NCBI GenBank assembly: GCA_013239625.1
Contig: MU054117.1
Coordinates: 3,648,677-3,712,676, forward strand
Direction: 5' to 3'
DNA length: 64,000 nt
From: Lama guanicoe
Lineage: Eukaryota
The position numbers and the translations under genes are program-made. Under the pieces are notes generated by a model. That model searched no databases. It was given only the letters and a program-made list of their open reading frames with translations, and had not been told where the DNA came from. Positions 1 through 13,224 of this stretch are shown here, piece after piece; positions within the stretch are counted from its first letter, which is position 1; each line of letters begins with the position of its first letter.

Positions 1-1524
1 ACAAGGAGATGCAGATGTGAAATGATGAAGCGACTTGTCCAAAATCAGAGTGATTGAATTAGAACTCATCTGTGATTTAAAAAAATCTAGACTTTTAACT
101 ATTCCAGTGTAAGCTCTCGTTGAGATTTTGAAAAAAAAAATCACATATAGACCAGGTGCTCAGAAACAAGATTATTAACATGTCCAAAAAATGTATAAAC
201 AATTCAGAGGTTCACGGACCCCTGGGGCCCGTCTATGGTTAAGCCCGATCACAAACCCTGACAAGAGGACCCTTGGCTGTTGTAGCCATCCGTACCACTC
301 ACCGTCACCCCAGCCCTTGGTGAACTTCTACAGTTTCCTCCCTGCCTCCCTGTGGCTCTACATTACCTTTTACACTGACACCTCACACCTGCTGAGACCA
401 CCTGCTTGTGACCCTGCCCTCAGCAGGATCTGAGGTGAGTCCCACCTGGATATGTTCTCACCTGGTAAGACCAGCTCTTCCCTAGCCACGTCTTGCCTTC
501 CCACTACGGAACACTTAAGCAATCAAGGCCCAGGAAGCTGTATTTAGAACTAGTTTCGCATTTGCACATAAACAACCATCAGAGCTAATTTTATCATGAC
601 TCACCTCCAAGTCTGTCTTAAACTATCAGAGTCCGATCGCCGAAATGCATGGCCCCTCACCCAGAGTGAGTCCGCGGTTTTGCCAGGCGACCCGGCTACA
701 CGCCCTAACCATCTCACCCTCCTGTTCTGGGTGGTTATTTCACATTGTTTCCTCCTACCTCCAAGACCCCCTTCCCGTGCTCACTTCCAGCAGACGACTT
801 TGCTTCCCTTTTTACTGAGAAAATTGCTTCTGATTGCCTAAGTGAATATCCACCAACTCCCACAGCCGCATCTACTAATTACTTGTGTCTGACCTCTGCT
901 CTCTCTCCCATTTCGATGGACTCACTGTCCTTTTCTAAGGTCAACCTCTTTGCCTGGATATTAGATCCCCTTCTCCCTGTGCCTTCCCAAGAACATTCCT
1001 CTGATGTTTCTCTTTCTACTGCATCAACACTTTTTCCCTTTCGACTGAATCATTCCCATTAGCACACAAACATATTGCAATAGCTTTCATTTAAAAAAAA
1101 AGTCTTGTCACTCTTCAGCCTTCCTCCAGCTACTATTCCATTCCCCCCCATTTGTCTCCCAAACCTCAAGAGCTGGTTTTGCCTGCTGTCATCATCTTTT
1201 CTTTCAATCTCCTTTCAATGCAGTTTTTCTAAACCCAGTCGTTAATTCTAATTTCCTCATTTTACTCATTCTATTAGCAGTGTTCAACAAAATTAATCTC
1301 TCCTTCTCAAAACACTGTATCCATTTGCTGTACCCGACAGTCTCCTGGTTTGCCTGCCTTGCCAGTCACTCTTTCTTGGTCTCCCTTGCTGGCACTTCCT
1401 TCTTTTATTGCCCTCTAAGAATTAGGGTATCATCAAACTCACTGTCTGAACATTGTCTCTTCTCTTTCTGCCTTCATGTCCAAGCGCGCTAATCCAGGAC
1501 TCTGGCTTTAACCACCACCTACCC

Positions 1525-1733
1525 CAGTGGTTCCCCCAGTGGGGGTGATTTGGGATATTTGGCAACGTCGGGAGATATTTTTGGTTGTTGTAACTGGGAG
1601 CAGGTGCTCCTGGCAGCTAGCAGGTAGAAGCCAGGGATGCTGCTGGGCACCCAAAGATGCACCGAATAACAAACAAAAATGCCCTCTGCCACCAAGAAGC
1701 ATTCAGACTGAGTGCTGAGGACGAGAAACCCCG
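1525..1733 (+). mobile_element. MER20 (hAT-Charlie) DNA transposon nested in L2
   Basis: CAGTGGTT..ATTTGGCAA..TTTTTGGTTGT..GCCAGGGATGCTGCT..GAGAAACCCCG. Degenerate 8-bp TSD ACCTACCC / GCCTACCT. Confidence 0.85.
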
Positions 1734-1864
1734 GCCTACCTAGACCTCTTCTCTGAACTCTAGGCTCACTCGTATGCCCAGCTTCCTACTCAGCATCTTC
1801 ACTGTGTGTTTAACAGAGCGCTCCAACTTAACATGTCTCAAACTGAAGTTTGGACTCCCTCCAC

Positions 1865-2410
1865 CTCAGCTTAGCTTCTCTGGGAAACAGACCTGAGCAG
1901 GACTTATGCTTTAATGGAAGGCACGATTCCCGGGGCAGTGAGAGTAAGGGAAACGGGAGGAGAGGGTGCAAATACAAGGTGGCGAGTTACCCAGCTGGCC
2001 ACTAGTTCTTGAACCACAAAGAGATGCAGCCCTGTCACTGAATCATGTGGTTGCCTGTCCTTGAAAAGAGTAAAGGGAGAAGGAATTGACCTCCAGGTTG
2101 CATCCTATCCCATATCTCCTACAGGGCAACTCCCACTGAGTCAATGCCTCCATGTGGCTGTGTTGGTCACCTGGACCTTTTTGCCATCTTGAGGAATCCA
2201 GATTCCATCACTGCAGTGTGGTCAACCTCAGGGGGCAGAACTCTGCTCTCCACACAGAGCTGGCTGTTCCGGCAGCAGCTGAAGCAGGGCAAATGGCCAC
2301 AGGGCAGGAAGAATGGCGAGGCAGAGCGATTCCGAGGAAAGGTCACCATGGCCTAATGCAGCGATAACGAGGACACACAAAGTTGCAGACTTTGTGTGGC
2401 TCCTGTTCTG
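1865..2410 (-). mobile_element. ERVL-type solo LTR (LTR33-like) nested in L2
   Basis: GGGAAACAGACCTGAGCAGGAC..TTTAATGGAAGG..GATTCCCGGGGCAG..CAAATACAAGG resembles reverse LTR33. It splits the L2. Confidence 0.4.
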
Positions 2411-4999
2411 GTGGGGCGGCAGCTCTCCAATCCACTCCTCTCTGAAATGACATCACCATCCACCTAGTCACTAAGGCTACAAACCTAGGAGACATTCTTG
2501 ACGTGTTCCTTTCCCTTCCATCCCGCATCCAGCCATCTCCGTTTTCAAAATGTTACCCTAGCACCATCTTCTTTGCTTAAGCCATCTTTGCTTGTGCTAC
2601 TTAATAACTTACCTCGTTCTTTGTTTCGAGTAGCCAGAATAACCTTTAAAAATGGCAAATCATATTATGTTACTGCCTGGATCCACGACTTCCAATATCT
2701 TCCCACTGCCCTCAGAATAAAACAAAATATTCTTCGAGTGGCTTAAGAGACCCTGCATGTGATCTGATCCCTGCTTACTTTTCTGGCCTTCTTTCTCCAG
2801 CACTCTTCCTTGGCCACTTCTTTCCACCCTTCTTTTGTTTTCCAAATATGCTGAGCTCGTCCTTGCCCTGGAACTTCCGCATTTGCTGTTCTATCTGTCC
2901 TTCTGATCCCCCAGTTCCTTGATCTCTCTCTTCTTGAATTTCTTTGTTCAAATGTTACCTCTGCAGAGAGGTCCTTTCTATCCGTGTAAACCTATATTTG
3001 TCACTCTCTGCCTCTTAAAAAAAATTTTTTTTTACCTAACATTATGATGTATGGTTTATTTGTTGATTATCTGTCTCTCCCACAAGAATGTAAGCTCCGG
3101 GAGGTCTGGGACTTCATGTCTGAGTTATGGCTGTGTCTGCAGTGCTAGAACTTGTCTGACACACAGCTGGAGCTGAGAAAATATTTGTTGTATAAATAAA
3201 TACCTTCAGACCCTCACCAATGGCGGGCTTGCAGCAAGGATGATGAGTTCCTAGATCAACAATGTCCTTCCAGTTCCTCGCAGCTCCAGTCCTGCTCTTA
3301 AGACATCTGCCGGGGATGTTGAAAACCCCAATCTTATTATGCCCCCTAATAAAACTCTGAATTTAGGAACCTGGGATCCCATCCAGTCTGTAAATCTCTT
3401 CAAGTAAGGCAACATCCAGATGCTGAATCAAGTGCATCCACATGAGACTGGGGAGATGATGGTCTTGGAAACGTGTAAAAGAAGGAAGGGGGCTACAGGC
3501 AGAGGGAGGCCCAGGAGCCAGGCAGGAAGCCCAGGATGGACAGAACCTGGTCAAAAATGTTTATGGGGTCTAGTAGGAGGGTGATCTCCCATCAGGCTGT
3601 GACAGTGCCAGCAGCCATTGCAGCAGAAGCAGCGACAAAAACAAGGGACTTCGTATTTCAGCTCAGAGCTTCCCGTTTTCTTTTCTTTCTTTTTCTTTTT
3701 TAAATATAGCAATAGGGTGGAAAGGTAAAGCACCACGGGGTTACTGGGATGCAGGAATATGTGTGTGGAAGGCGAGGAAAGGGCAGCGTTTACTACGGGA
3801 AGGAGGAGTTTAAGAGAACTCGTTGTTCGTAAAAGAAAAGCTGGGATGTGTCTCTGCAGGAGTGGAGGGAACAAATATTTATTTTTTTCTGAGAGGAATG
3901 CTGGAGTCTATCTGGAGGAGGGACTTAACTAGTCCCTTCCCCGGGCCTACTGCACCGCCTGGGCAACCCCGAGAGGCCCCCGCTCTCCACTAGCCACAAT
4001 AGAGTGGGGAGGATGCAATCTTTGGCTTTGATTAAAGAGGTGGGTGGCGTAGGCGGGAGGCACCGCGGTCGCTGCGGCGCGAAGGGGTGGTCCCAGTGCA
4101 GCCGGGAAGCCAATCGGCGGCGACTCCGGGATCTGGCAGCCTCCTTGGAGACTCGGCAGCAGTTGAAGCACCAGAGCTGCTGGCTGCCTTCTCTGGCGCT
4201 GCCGGCGCCAAGGCGCAGCGCCTCTGGGGGCGCAGCGGGAGGCGCACTCGGAGCGCACCGCGCACGCCCCCGGCTCTTGACGCCCAGCGCCTCCGTGCGG
4301 ACCCTTCCCCCGAGAAGTTGCAATTCCTTGCAAGTCGCCCTGTGAAGGCACTAGGCCGGGAAGAGAGGCTTCGGGAGGAGGGACGTGGGTGGGAGGTGGG
4401 CAGGAGGCTTGCTTCTCAGATTCGCCCCAATTAGCACCAAGTTGGCAGACAAGCCCACAAACCCACGGAACCTTTGGTTTCCCACAAGTCACATTCTCAG
4501 TATTTCAAAATAATCTGAGGGCAAGAAAGCTTCAACTCCCATCGCAGGTCAAAGAGGGACACACTCAGCACCACCGCCTTGCAGTAGATGACAGAGAACA
4601 AACCCGGGCGATGCTCAGCTGCAGAGCCCAGCCCCGAGCCTGCATCGCCCCGGGGCCGGCGGGGAGAAGCCGGGCCGGCCCTGCAGAGAGCCCCCTGCGG
4701 GAGGGGCCGGCCAGCGCGCCGAGAAGCGGGTTGCTGTGGGACTGCACAAACGCAAGCCCGTCTGAGGAGTTGTGCCAGCAACATCACCGCCTGCATTGCG
4801 TCGGACCTGACCATTTCCAATGCGAAATCCCCGGGGAAGGTCGTGGCCGGGGGCCGGGCGTGTGCGGGGCTGTGGACCGTAAGGGAAGTAGAACTGGGGG
4901 TCGGCTTTTCTAGCAGAAGGAAACCTGTGCCGGCAAGGGTGGGGACTGAATGACAGCCCCCCTCTGCCAAGCCACCCCCTCCTGTTTTCCATCTACCTC

Positions 5000-5100
5000 C
5001 TCGCTCCCGCCCTCCCCCGCCCTCCCCATCCCACGCCCGGGTGGGCCAATCGCTGCTCCGCATTCCGGGCGCTCTCTCAGGTTTCTGCTGATCTTGCAGC
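5000..5100 (+). promoter_or_regulatory. KCNA1: KCNA1 core promoter: GC boxes plus CCAAT box, TATA-less
   Basis: CTCCCGCC/CCCCGCCC motifs at ~5004-5022, GGCCAATCG with CCAAT at 5046-5050. Position fits a ~570-nt first exon ending at the 5663/5664 donor. Confidence 0.6.
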
Positions 5101-5663
5101 GCCCAGAAATGGACCCAGCGGACCCGCGCCGCACGCACCCTGCCCCACTCGGAGCTCCCATCGGCTCCCGGCGTGCGGCGTAGCCTCGGCGAGGTCCGTG
5201 CCGGGGTGCGGGAAGCGGAGGCGACCCGCGAGCCATGTAGATCCAGGCTTCTGCTCTCTCGCCTCCTTCGGGATCGAATCAAGGGCTCCCACGGTGTTGG
5301 GAGGGGGCGAGAGCGCTGCTCACCGTCATTTGCTTCAGAGCTCGGGAGAGGGTGGCATTTTGCTTCTCCGCCCCGCAGCCTCCGGAACTCCCCGCACCCG
5401 AGAGAGGACTGCGTCTCCAGGTTGCTGGCCACGGGTGAGAATGGGGGTGGGCAATGGACATTTCGGCCGTAGCTGCCCAGTAAAGCGACCGACCGACTGA
5501 AGGGGCACAGGACGAGGGGCGAGGGCCGCACGTTTGCCCCGGCGCCCCTCGGATGCTGCGGCGGCCGCGGCTCCCGCCGGGCTACGGCAAAGGCGACCTG
5601 CCGCATTCCCAGTCGGGCTCTCCGCCGACTCAGCACCGCCCCTGCGCCAAGCCGGCCGGCCAG
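5080..5663 (+). other. KCNA1: KCNA1 non-coding exon 1 (5' end approximate)
   Basis: Ends at donor CAG|GTAGGG. KCNA1 is known to have two exons with a non-coding first exon. The TSS is inferred, not seen. Confidence 0.6.
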
Positions 5664-6025
5664 GTAGGGGGCTCCCCAGTTCGGGGCTGCAGAAGCGGGG
5701 CTTGGGGCGACGGGTGGGGGAAGCCAGGGGTGCGGGGATGCTGCCTGGACCTGGAGCTCCCCCAGCGTCTCTCGGCGCTTTTCCGATCTCTAGTTTAACG
5801 AAGTTGTAAACAGATCGGCTGTTGGGCAACGGAGAAAGTGGGATGGACGAGCCCCAAACTTGGATTTCGGGTGTCTGCGTGTGTCTGTCTGCGTGTAAGT
5901 GATAACCCTAGCCAAAGTCCCGTGCTTCCTAAAAAAGCTAGAGGTCTGTGCTCTTCCGTGTCTGTGGGTCCGTCCCATGTGAACGCCTCTGATCTACCCC
6001 CGTATCACTTTCTATTTCTCTGCAG
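5664..6025 (+). other. KCNA1: KCNA1 5'UTR intron (362 nt)
   Basis: Donor CAG|GTAGGG at 5664, branch-like CTGAT near 5989, polypyrimidine tract CTTTCTATTTCTCTGCAG ending at 6025. Size agrees with the short 5'UTR intron I recall for human KCNA1. Confidence 0.75.
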
Positions 6026-6401
6026 CGTCCATCGATTGCCCCGGTGGGAGCTTAGAAGGCGGCAGGCGAAGAGGGCTAGGAGGGGGGAGAACCAAGGAGA
6101 AGCAGAGGGGGTGGCAGGCGAGGGGATCTGCTGAGCTGGCTCTACACCGGGTCCTAGGAGGGCTCGCGGAGGGGAGGGGAGGCCAGGGTGACCCCGGAGC
6201 GATGGCCGGGTCCGCTAGAACAGCGCTGAGTTAAGGCCACCTCGGAGCAGGAAGAAACATCAACCCTCCCCCACACCCCCGACCCGGCTAAAAGCTGCAC
6301 CCGGGGCTGCAGGCGAGGGGGATTCCAAACTGAGGAACAGGCGGGGCGGAAGGGACAGTACTGAGGAGCCAAGTGGCGGATCTCTCCACCTGCCGGCTTG
6401 A

Positions 6402-8006
<1,605 letters not shown>

Positions 8007-9022
8007 AACAGCCAAGCCAACATGCTAAAAAGCCCCCCCACTTAGCAGCTTGAAAGACTTAAGACACCAAACAGAACCAAACCCCGAGTGACCCAGGTCA
8101 CTCTTTGTAGATACTTCACTAAATAGTCTTTGAACACTCTATTTAACTGTCAATGCGTTGTGGCATTGCTGTTTGGGGGTGGCGAGCTTTCAGGAGCCAT
8201 GAAGAAAAGAAACTATTTTCATTTTATTAAAAAAAAAGGGAAAAGAAAGTGTATTTTCTAAAACTGGTTTAAAATAACTCAGTCCATGAACTAGTCTAGG
8301 TAAAATAAGATTCATACGCTTCCCCATTTTTAATCCCTGTTGGCTTTTTCAAATTGTTTTTCCCTTTTAACTAAGAATCAGATGATCACTTAGGAATACA
8401 ATTAAAATTTGCATGGGACTCCAAGATGAAACCTTTGCAGACTGCACAGCACACTGAAGGCCGTGCTTCAGGGGTGTTCTGTGTAACATGATATATGCCC
8501 GCTGAAACAGGCAACGGACAGATGTTTTTATTCTGATCAATGGAACTGCGTATTCCAAGGTGAAAAAAAAAATTACTCGAGACTGGTTCACAAAGCACCT
8601 TATAAATCTGATACTGGTCCTGGTCTGTAGAGATTTTCCCTCTGCCCCATTCCCTTCTGATTCAAACTCTTCTCCAAGAAAAAAGATAACTGAATGAAAG
8701 TCACTGGTTCATCTGCAGTGCTGCTAAGATTCTCGACTGCAGATGCATCCAGTGGGTCTTTTCTCACCAGTCCTGCACCCTGACCCCTGGCCTCAGAGCT
8801 GGATGCAAAACCTTAGCCTCCTTATTGCAAGAGAGCACAGGTGGAACTAAGTGTACGCATGTTTGAATCTGACCATATTTATTTTATAATCGCATGCCAA
8901 GAGCGTGAACTCAGACAATAGGGGATAAGCTTACTTTGGAACTGACTCTTCTAAAAATAGATCCTTCTTCATTTGCATTCACCAAAAGTGCACTCCTTCA
9001 TTTATTAACTATTTTATTAGTA

Positions 9023-9186
9023 AATAAAGTACTGTATTTAAGTCCATATGTTAGTCCAATGGGAACAGTAACTTTTTGGAGCTCAAAGCATGTTCTCTTA
9101 TCCAGCATTATGGCCTCTTTGATTAAGATGTACCTTGAATTAATTAGTGCATGATTAATTTAATTAAAACATTAAAAAATAATAAA
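9023..9186 (+). terminator. KCNA1: Cluster of proximal polyadenylation signals
   Basis: AATAAA at 9023-9028 and 9181-9186, ATTAAA at 9163 and 9171, in AT-rich context. Confidence 0.45.
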
Positions 9187-9415
9187 AATTACAAGTTTGC
9201 GGGACAAAGGGCCCAAAAGAAATAATGGGGGGTGGGGGTGGGGGGCACTCAGTCAATTTTCCTGCCTTTGCTCAGGGAAGTGTCAGGTGTCTGTGCAGAT
9301 GTAGGCAGAGAGAGGACCAATACGCCCATCCCTTAAAGGGAAGCTCTGTGGAAGACTAAGATATATAGCAACACCTAAGAACTAAGCATTCTTTTCTAGC
9401 TGAAGATAAACACAA

Positions 9416-9441
9416 GCAAAACAAACAAACAAACAAACAAA
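9416..9441. repeat. (CAAA)n microsatellite in 3'UTR
   Basis: GCAAAACAAACAAACAAACAAACAAA. Confidence 0.85.
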
Positions 9442-12400
9442 GGTGCATACTGCTGGTGATCTGGTGCATTCTTAAGATGTAAATGAAAATGTTTATCCAT
9501 CGTATGCATCCAAAGCAGAGCTGATTTCTTTTTGCAGTCCTGATCTGAAGTCCTAAGACTTCACCCCCCTTGCCCCCACCTTGAGGCTCCCTGAAGAAAC
9601 TCAACCAATTGATTTAATAGTTGCTTTAGTGCCTTTATCCTGTACCCACAGCGAACTGCAGAAAGTGCCTCCATTAACAAAGCTGAGAAGTTATGTAACA
9701 AAAGGGAGGAAGGGTTGGGGCACAGATCTTTGGCTTTTCCTTTTTCCACCCTCGCTGTCTCCCTGCACACCATGGGGACCCCGCACCGTCCGGCACCTGG
9801 GACGGGAGATATCCGAGAGGGGCCTGCCTCTCTCATTCACTGGACTCAGTCCCTTCGGCAGCGTGACTGACGTGGGATGGACACTGGGGCCTGAGACCCA
9901 TCTTCGAACTGGATGAGAACTGTGAACTGGTTTTCCCTTCTTCTCCACCAGAAGCCAATATAAACTCTTGGGGAGTTTGTTTCCACTCGAGCATTGCTCT
10001 GGACAAGCCAGGTTTCCTCGGGGCCAGCCTGGCGGTCCCTGCACATCTCTGTGCTCCTCCTCTGTCTGCCATAGCACTTTGGCCACCCGATCTTTGCAGG
10101 CATCATCGTGGATGTGAGAATGCTCCATTCAGAGCAACCTTCCCTAGACCTTGTCTCCTGGCCCCTCCTTCGAGTATTTCCTACGATGCTCCTGGGATGG
10201 TCCACCTGGTAGCCACTTCGCGGGTTGAACATCTAACTTCTGTTGCCCCTGGCACCCAGGCCAGAGAACGGTGGGGACCCTGTGCCTAGCTGAGAGAAAG
10301 CCACATCACACTGGCCTCTGGAGGCCAGCAGCCGCCCACCTCCAGGGAGGCACTCACAGCCTTTTGAAGGACCCAAAGTGGGGATCCTCATTCTGCATTT
10401 AGCACGCGGCTGCCTGCTGCCCAGCGCCTTTCATCCCTGCCCTGCTGCTTCTGGAAATCTTCCCCGTGACTTCCCTCCCTCCCCTATCCTACCTTAGAAC
10501 TAGCAGTGAGACAATAAAGCACCAAGCTGGAGTCACACCCAGGCTGACTGACTCAGTGGGAAGAAAGAACGTGAACGTGTTCTTTTCCTGTGCGGCTTCT
10601 CTGAATCTGGAAGAAGGACAGGACACATGCCGTGGAAGATGGGGCGAAGGACAGCACAGCTTCTGGCCTCCCTGCAGTGTTTACTTCTGGTTTCGACCTC
10701 GACTCATCCTGGCTGTTCCTGTCCCACCTGCTTATAAAACGGGGAAAAAGTGTCAACCTCCCCCACAGCTCCGAAGAGTATCTTGATCTTTCATTTAGAC
10801 TTTGAGGTCGAGGACACACAGAACTTGAAAGGCTGCACTCAGTCAACAGCAATAATCCGCTCAGTACTGTGGGATGGGCGGGTCAGAGGATGAGAACAGG
10901 GCACCAGGGCTGAGAAGACCGGCTCTGGCCCCCGGGGCCCGCTCTCACAGCGCCGCCCTGCCCCCGGCTGGCCCTTCTGCATGTGTGATGGGCGGGAGCG
11001 CTGCATGCTGCGAGCCTGCTGGCCTGGGTCGGGGAGGAGCTGTTGTTACGAGTCTGGGTGGTTTGGGGAAAATGAATGCTGCTTATCCATCTGTAGCTCT
11101 TTGAAACCAAGTGAGGAAGACCGGAGCACAGGCACGCGCCGGCTGGCAGAGCTCTCACCCCTTTGCACAGGAACGTGCTGAAATGTTTTTGTAGACCTGA
11201 AGGTGCACTTAACAAAACTGCCTACTATGGAGTGGCTCTCTTTGGATTTCCTTCCTTATGTTTATGTGATCAGGCTTTGTACCTTTTCGTCCCCTTCCTA
11301 GGTCTTGAGCGTTCACGGCTCATGTCTTGAACACTGGTTTTCTCCGGCAGGGGAAGACTTCTGACGCGCTGAGAGCCATAGCCCTGCCCTTCCGGTGTAC
11401 TGAGGCCCTAGTTCAATAGGGCGGCAGCGGGAGGGCTGGGTCACACCAGGGCTGCTAGCCATCCCAGAATCTCGGAAGTGGTTAACTCACCTCAAGGGAT
11501 CTGAATCAGAGAGACCAAAGACATTAATTTCCTCTGTCCTCAGATTCAAAGAAGACAGATTGTAGCCAGGAGAGGCTTTTGTGTTGGTGTCGCCTCCTCC
11601 CCATCTGCGCACAGCCCTCCCTCCCCGCCCCCTTGAGAGCTGAGTTCTGATGATCAGTGAAAATGGTTCATTGGGAGTGTGTCAGTGAGTAAGCCCAGCA
11701 AGATCCAGCACACCAAGAGCAGATCCTTCTCCTGGAGTATGGCCGAGGGACAGTCACATTTCTAAAGTGAGACTGTCCGGTCAGCTTAGATTTCACTGTG
11801 GAGTCTTGACTCACTTGAGAATAAATAAAAATGGTAAAGTGAGGAATAGATGTCTTTAAGTAAGAGTTTGGTTTAGTCCACCGAGGGCCTTCTTCGTGTT
11901 GTGTGTGATTACAGATTTTTCAAATGAGTGAACATCTGACAACCCAGTAGAAATCGTTTCCCAATCCTCTCATTTACTAGGAGCCCTCAAAACACATGCG
12001 TTTCGAGCATTGAATTCCTTGTTCCATAGATGGCACTGAACCAAAGGAGGGGGCAAGTGCCCCCTTTCTCCCAGGGATGGCTCTCTCCTGGAGAGGTGAG
12101 AATCAGTGCGTGGGAACCATCCATAGCATAAAATTGTTAGCATATAAACTGCTAAACAGCCATTTTATCTTCCCGCGTTTTTGAGAAAGGATGGAATCTT
12201 TCAATGTTTATGTTTGTTTTAAGAAGACCAACAAACACACCTTTTTAAACCGGACACAACCCAAGTTAATTGCCATCTCAGGAGGTGGCCTCTCGTCCAC
12301 CGTGCGATGCATTCGTGCTCGCATCTATCCCATGGGATTTCAGGGTAAACTCGAACATGTCCAGCATGACTCAGGTAGACCTTAGAAGAATGTACGCTAC

Positions 12401-13218
12401 TTATTTTTGTAAAGACTCGAACAGGAGCCGAGTTGTTAACCAAAACTGGTCCATTACCTTGGGTCACTGTGCAAACTCATTCAGGGTATAGACGTAAGGC
12501 TCGGAAATCTTGGGAACAAACGCCAATCTCTTGGCTCAGGCGAAATGACCGTGGGCTTTCCTGAGAAGCCCAGGTGCGTGCACGGGGTGAGGCTCTGCTG
12601 TCCTCAGGACCGTTAGCTTTCAGGACGTTAGCCCGAGCTGCAGTGACTTTCATTTAGGGGCTAACGAGGAGTTCACTTTTTATGACACGAGACTTCGAAG
12701 AGGAGAGAAAAGTTTGTACCACAACCAGGGAGGAAGAAGAAATGGTGTAAGGAAGTAAAACAAAATGAAACACAAAAGCCCTTGTGAAATGTCCCAGGTC
12801 CGAGTTGCCTTCTTTCCAAAAGCTCCAGACACACCTTTCTTCTCTTCCGTGCGCTGTTCACTCAGCGGCTGTAAGTAGGAAGGACGGGCTTTACGTGACA
12901 TACCTCTGCTGTTAAAGAGCACGTTTCCCCACGGTTAAAAATACCAGTTGAGTAGTCTTCAAGTGCACCATCAGGACAACAAACCATTTAAGCTGAAACA
13001 GCGCTATTTCATGTGTTGAGTTGGCCAGTTGCTTACGCCTTGAGTTAAGGACGTGTCCCATGGTCACCTGCTGTGCATTCTCCCTGCCCTAACTGTTGAC
13101 TAGGTCGGGTAGAGGACGTTGAATGTTAAGAATCAAGAGCCTGATTGAAGTGCATAGTTTCCATCTATGCAATTTTACTTGCTTCTGTCACTTTATGATC
13201 TGTTCATATTTGGCATCA

Positions 13219-13224
13219 ATTAAA
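13219..13224 (+). terminator. KCNA1: Distal polyadenylation signal ATTAAA
   Basis: U-rich upstream region, GU/U-rich downstream element (GGTTATTTGTCTCGTTT at ~13263-13279), expected distance from the stop codon. Confidence 0.65.

Larger units (their letters stand above)
740..3200 (+). mobile_element. Degenerate LINE-2 (ORF2 remnant to 3' end), interrupted by MER20 and an LTR
   Basis: Peptide remnants DDFASLFTEKI and KVNL..LDP resemble L2 ORF2. L2 motifs CTCTGAACTC..ACTTAACATGTCTCAAACTGAA (~1750-1850) and 3' end GAATGTAAGCTCC..ATATTTGTTG (~3087-3200). Confidence 0.8.

Noticed and set aside
4497..5636. 379-aa minus-strand ORF and the other 100-180 aa ORFs over the promoter
   Set aside because: Arg/Pro/Gly-rich translations of a CpG island where stops are rare. 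No domain features.
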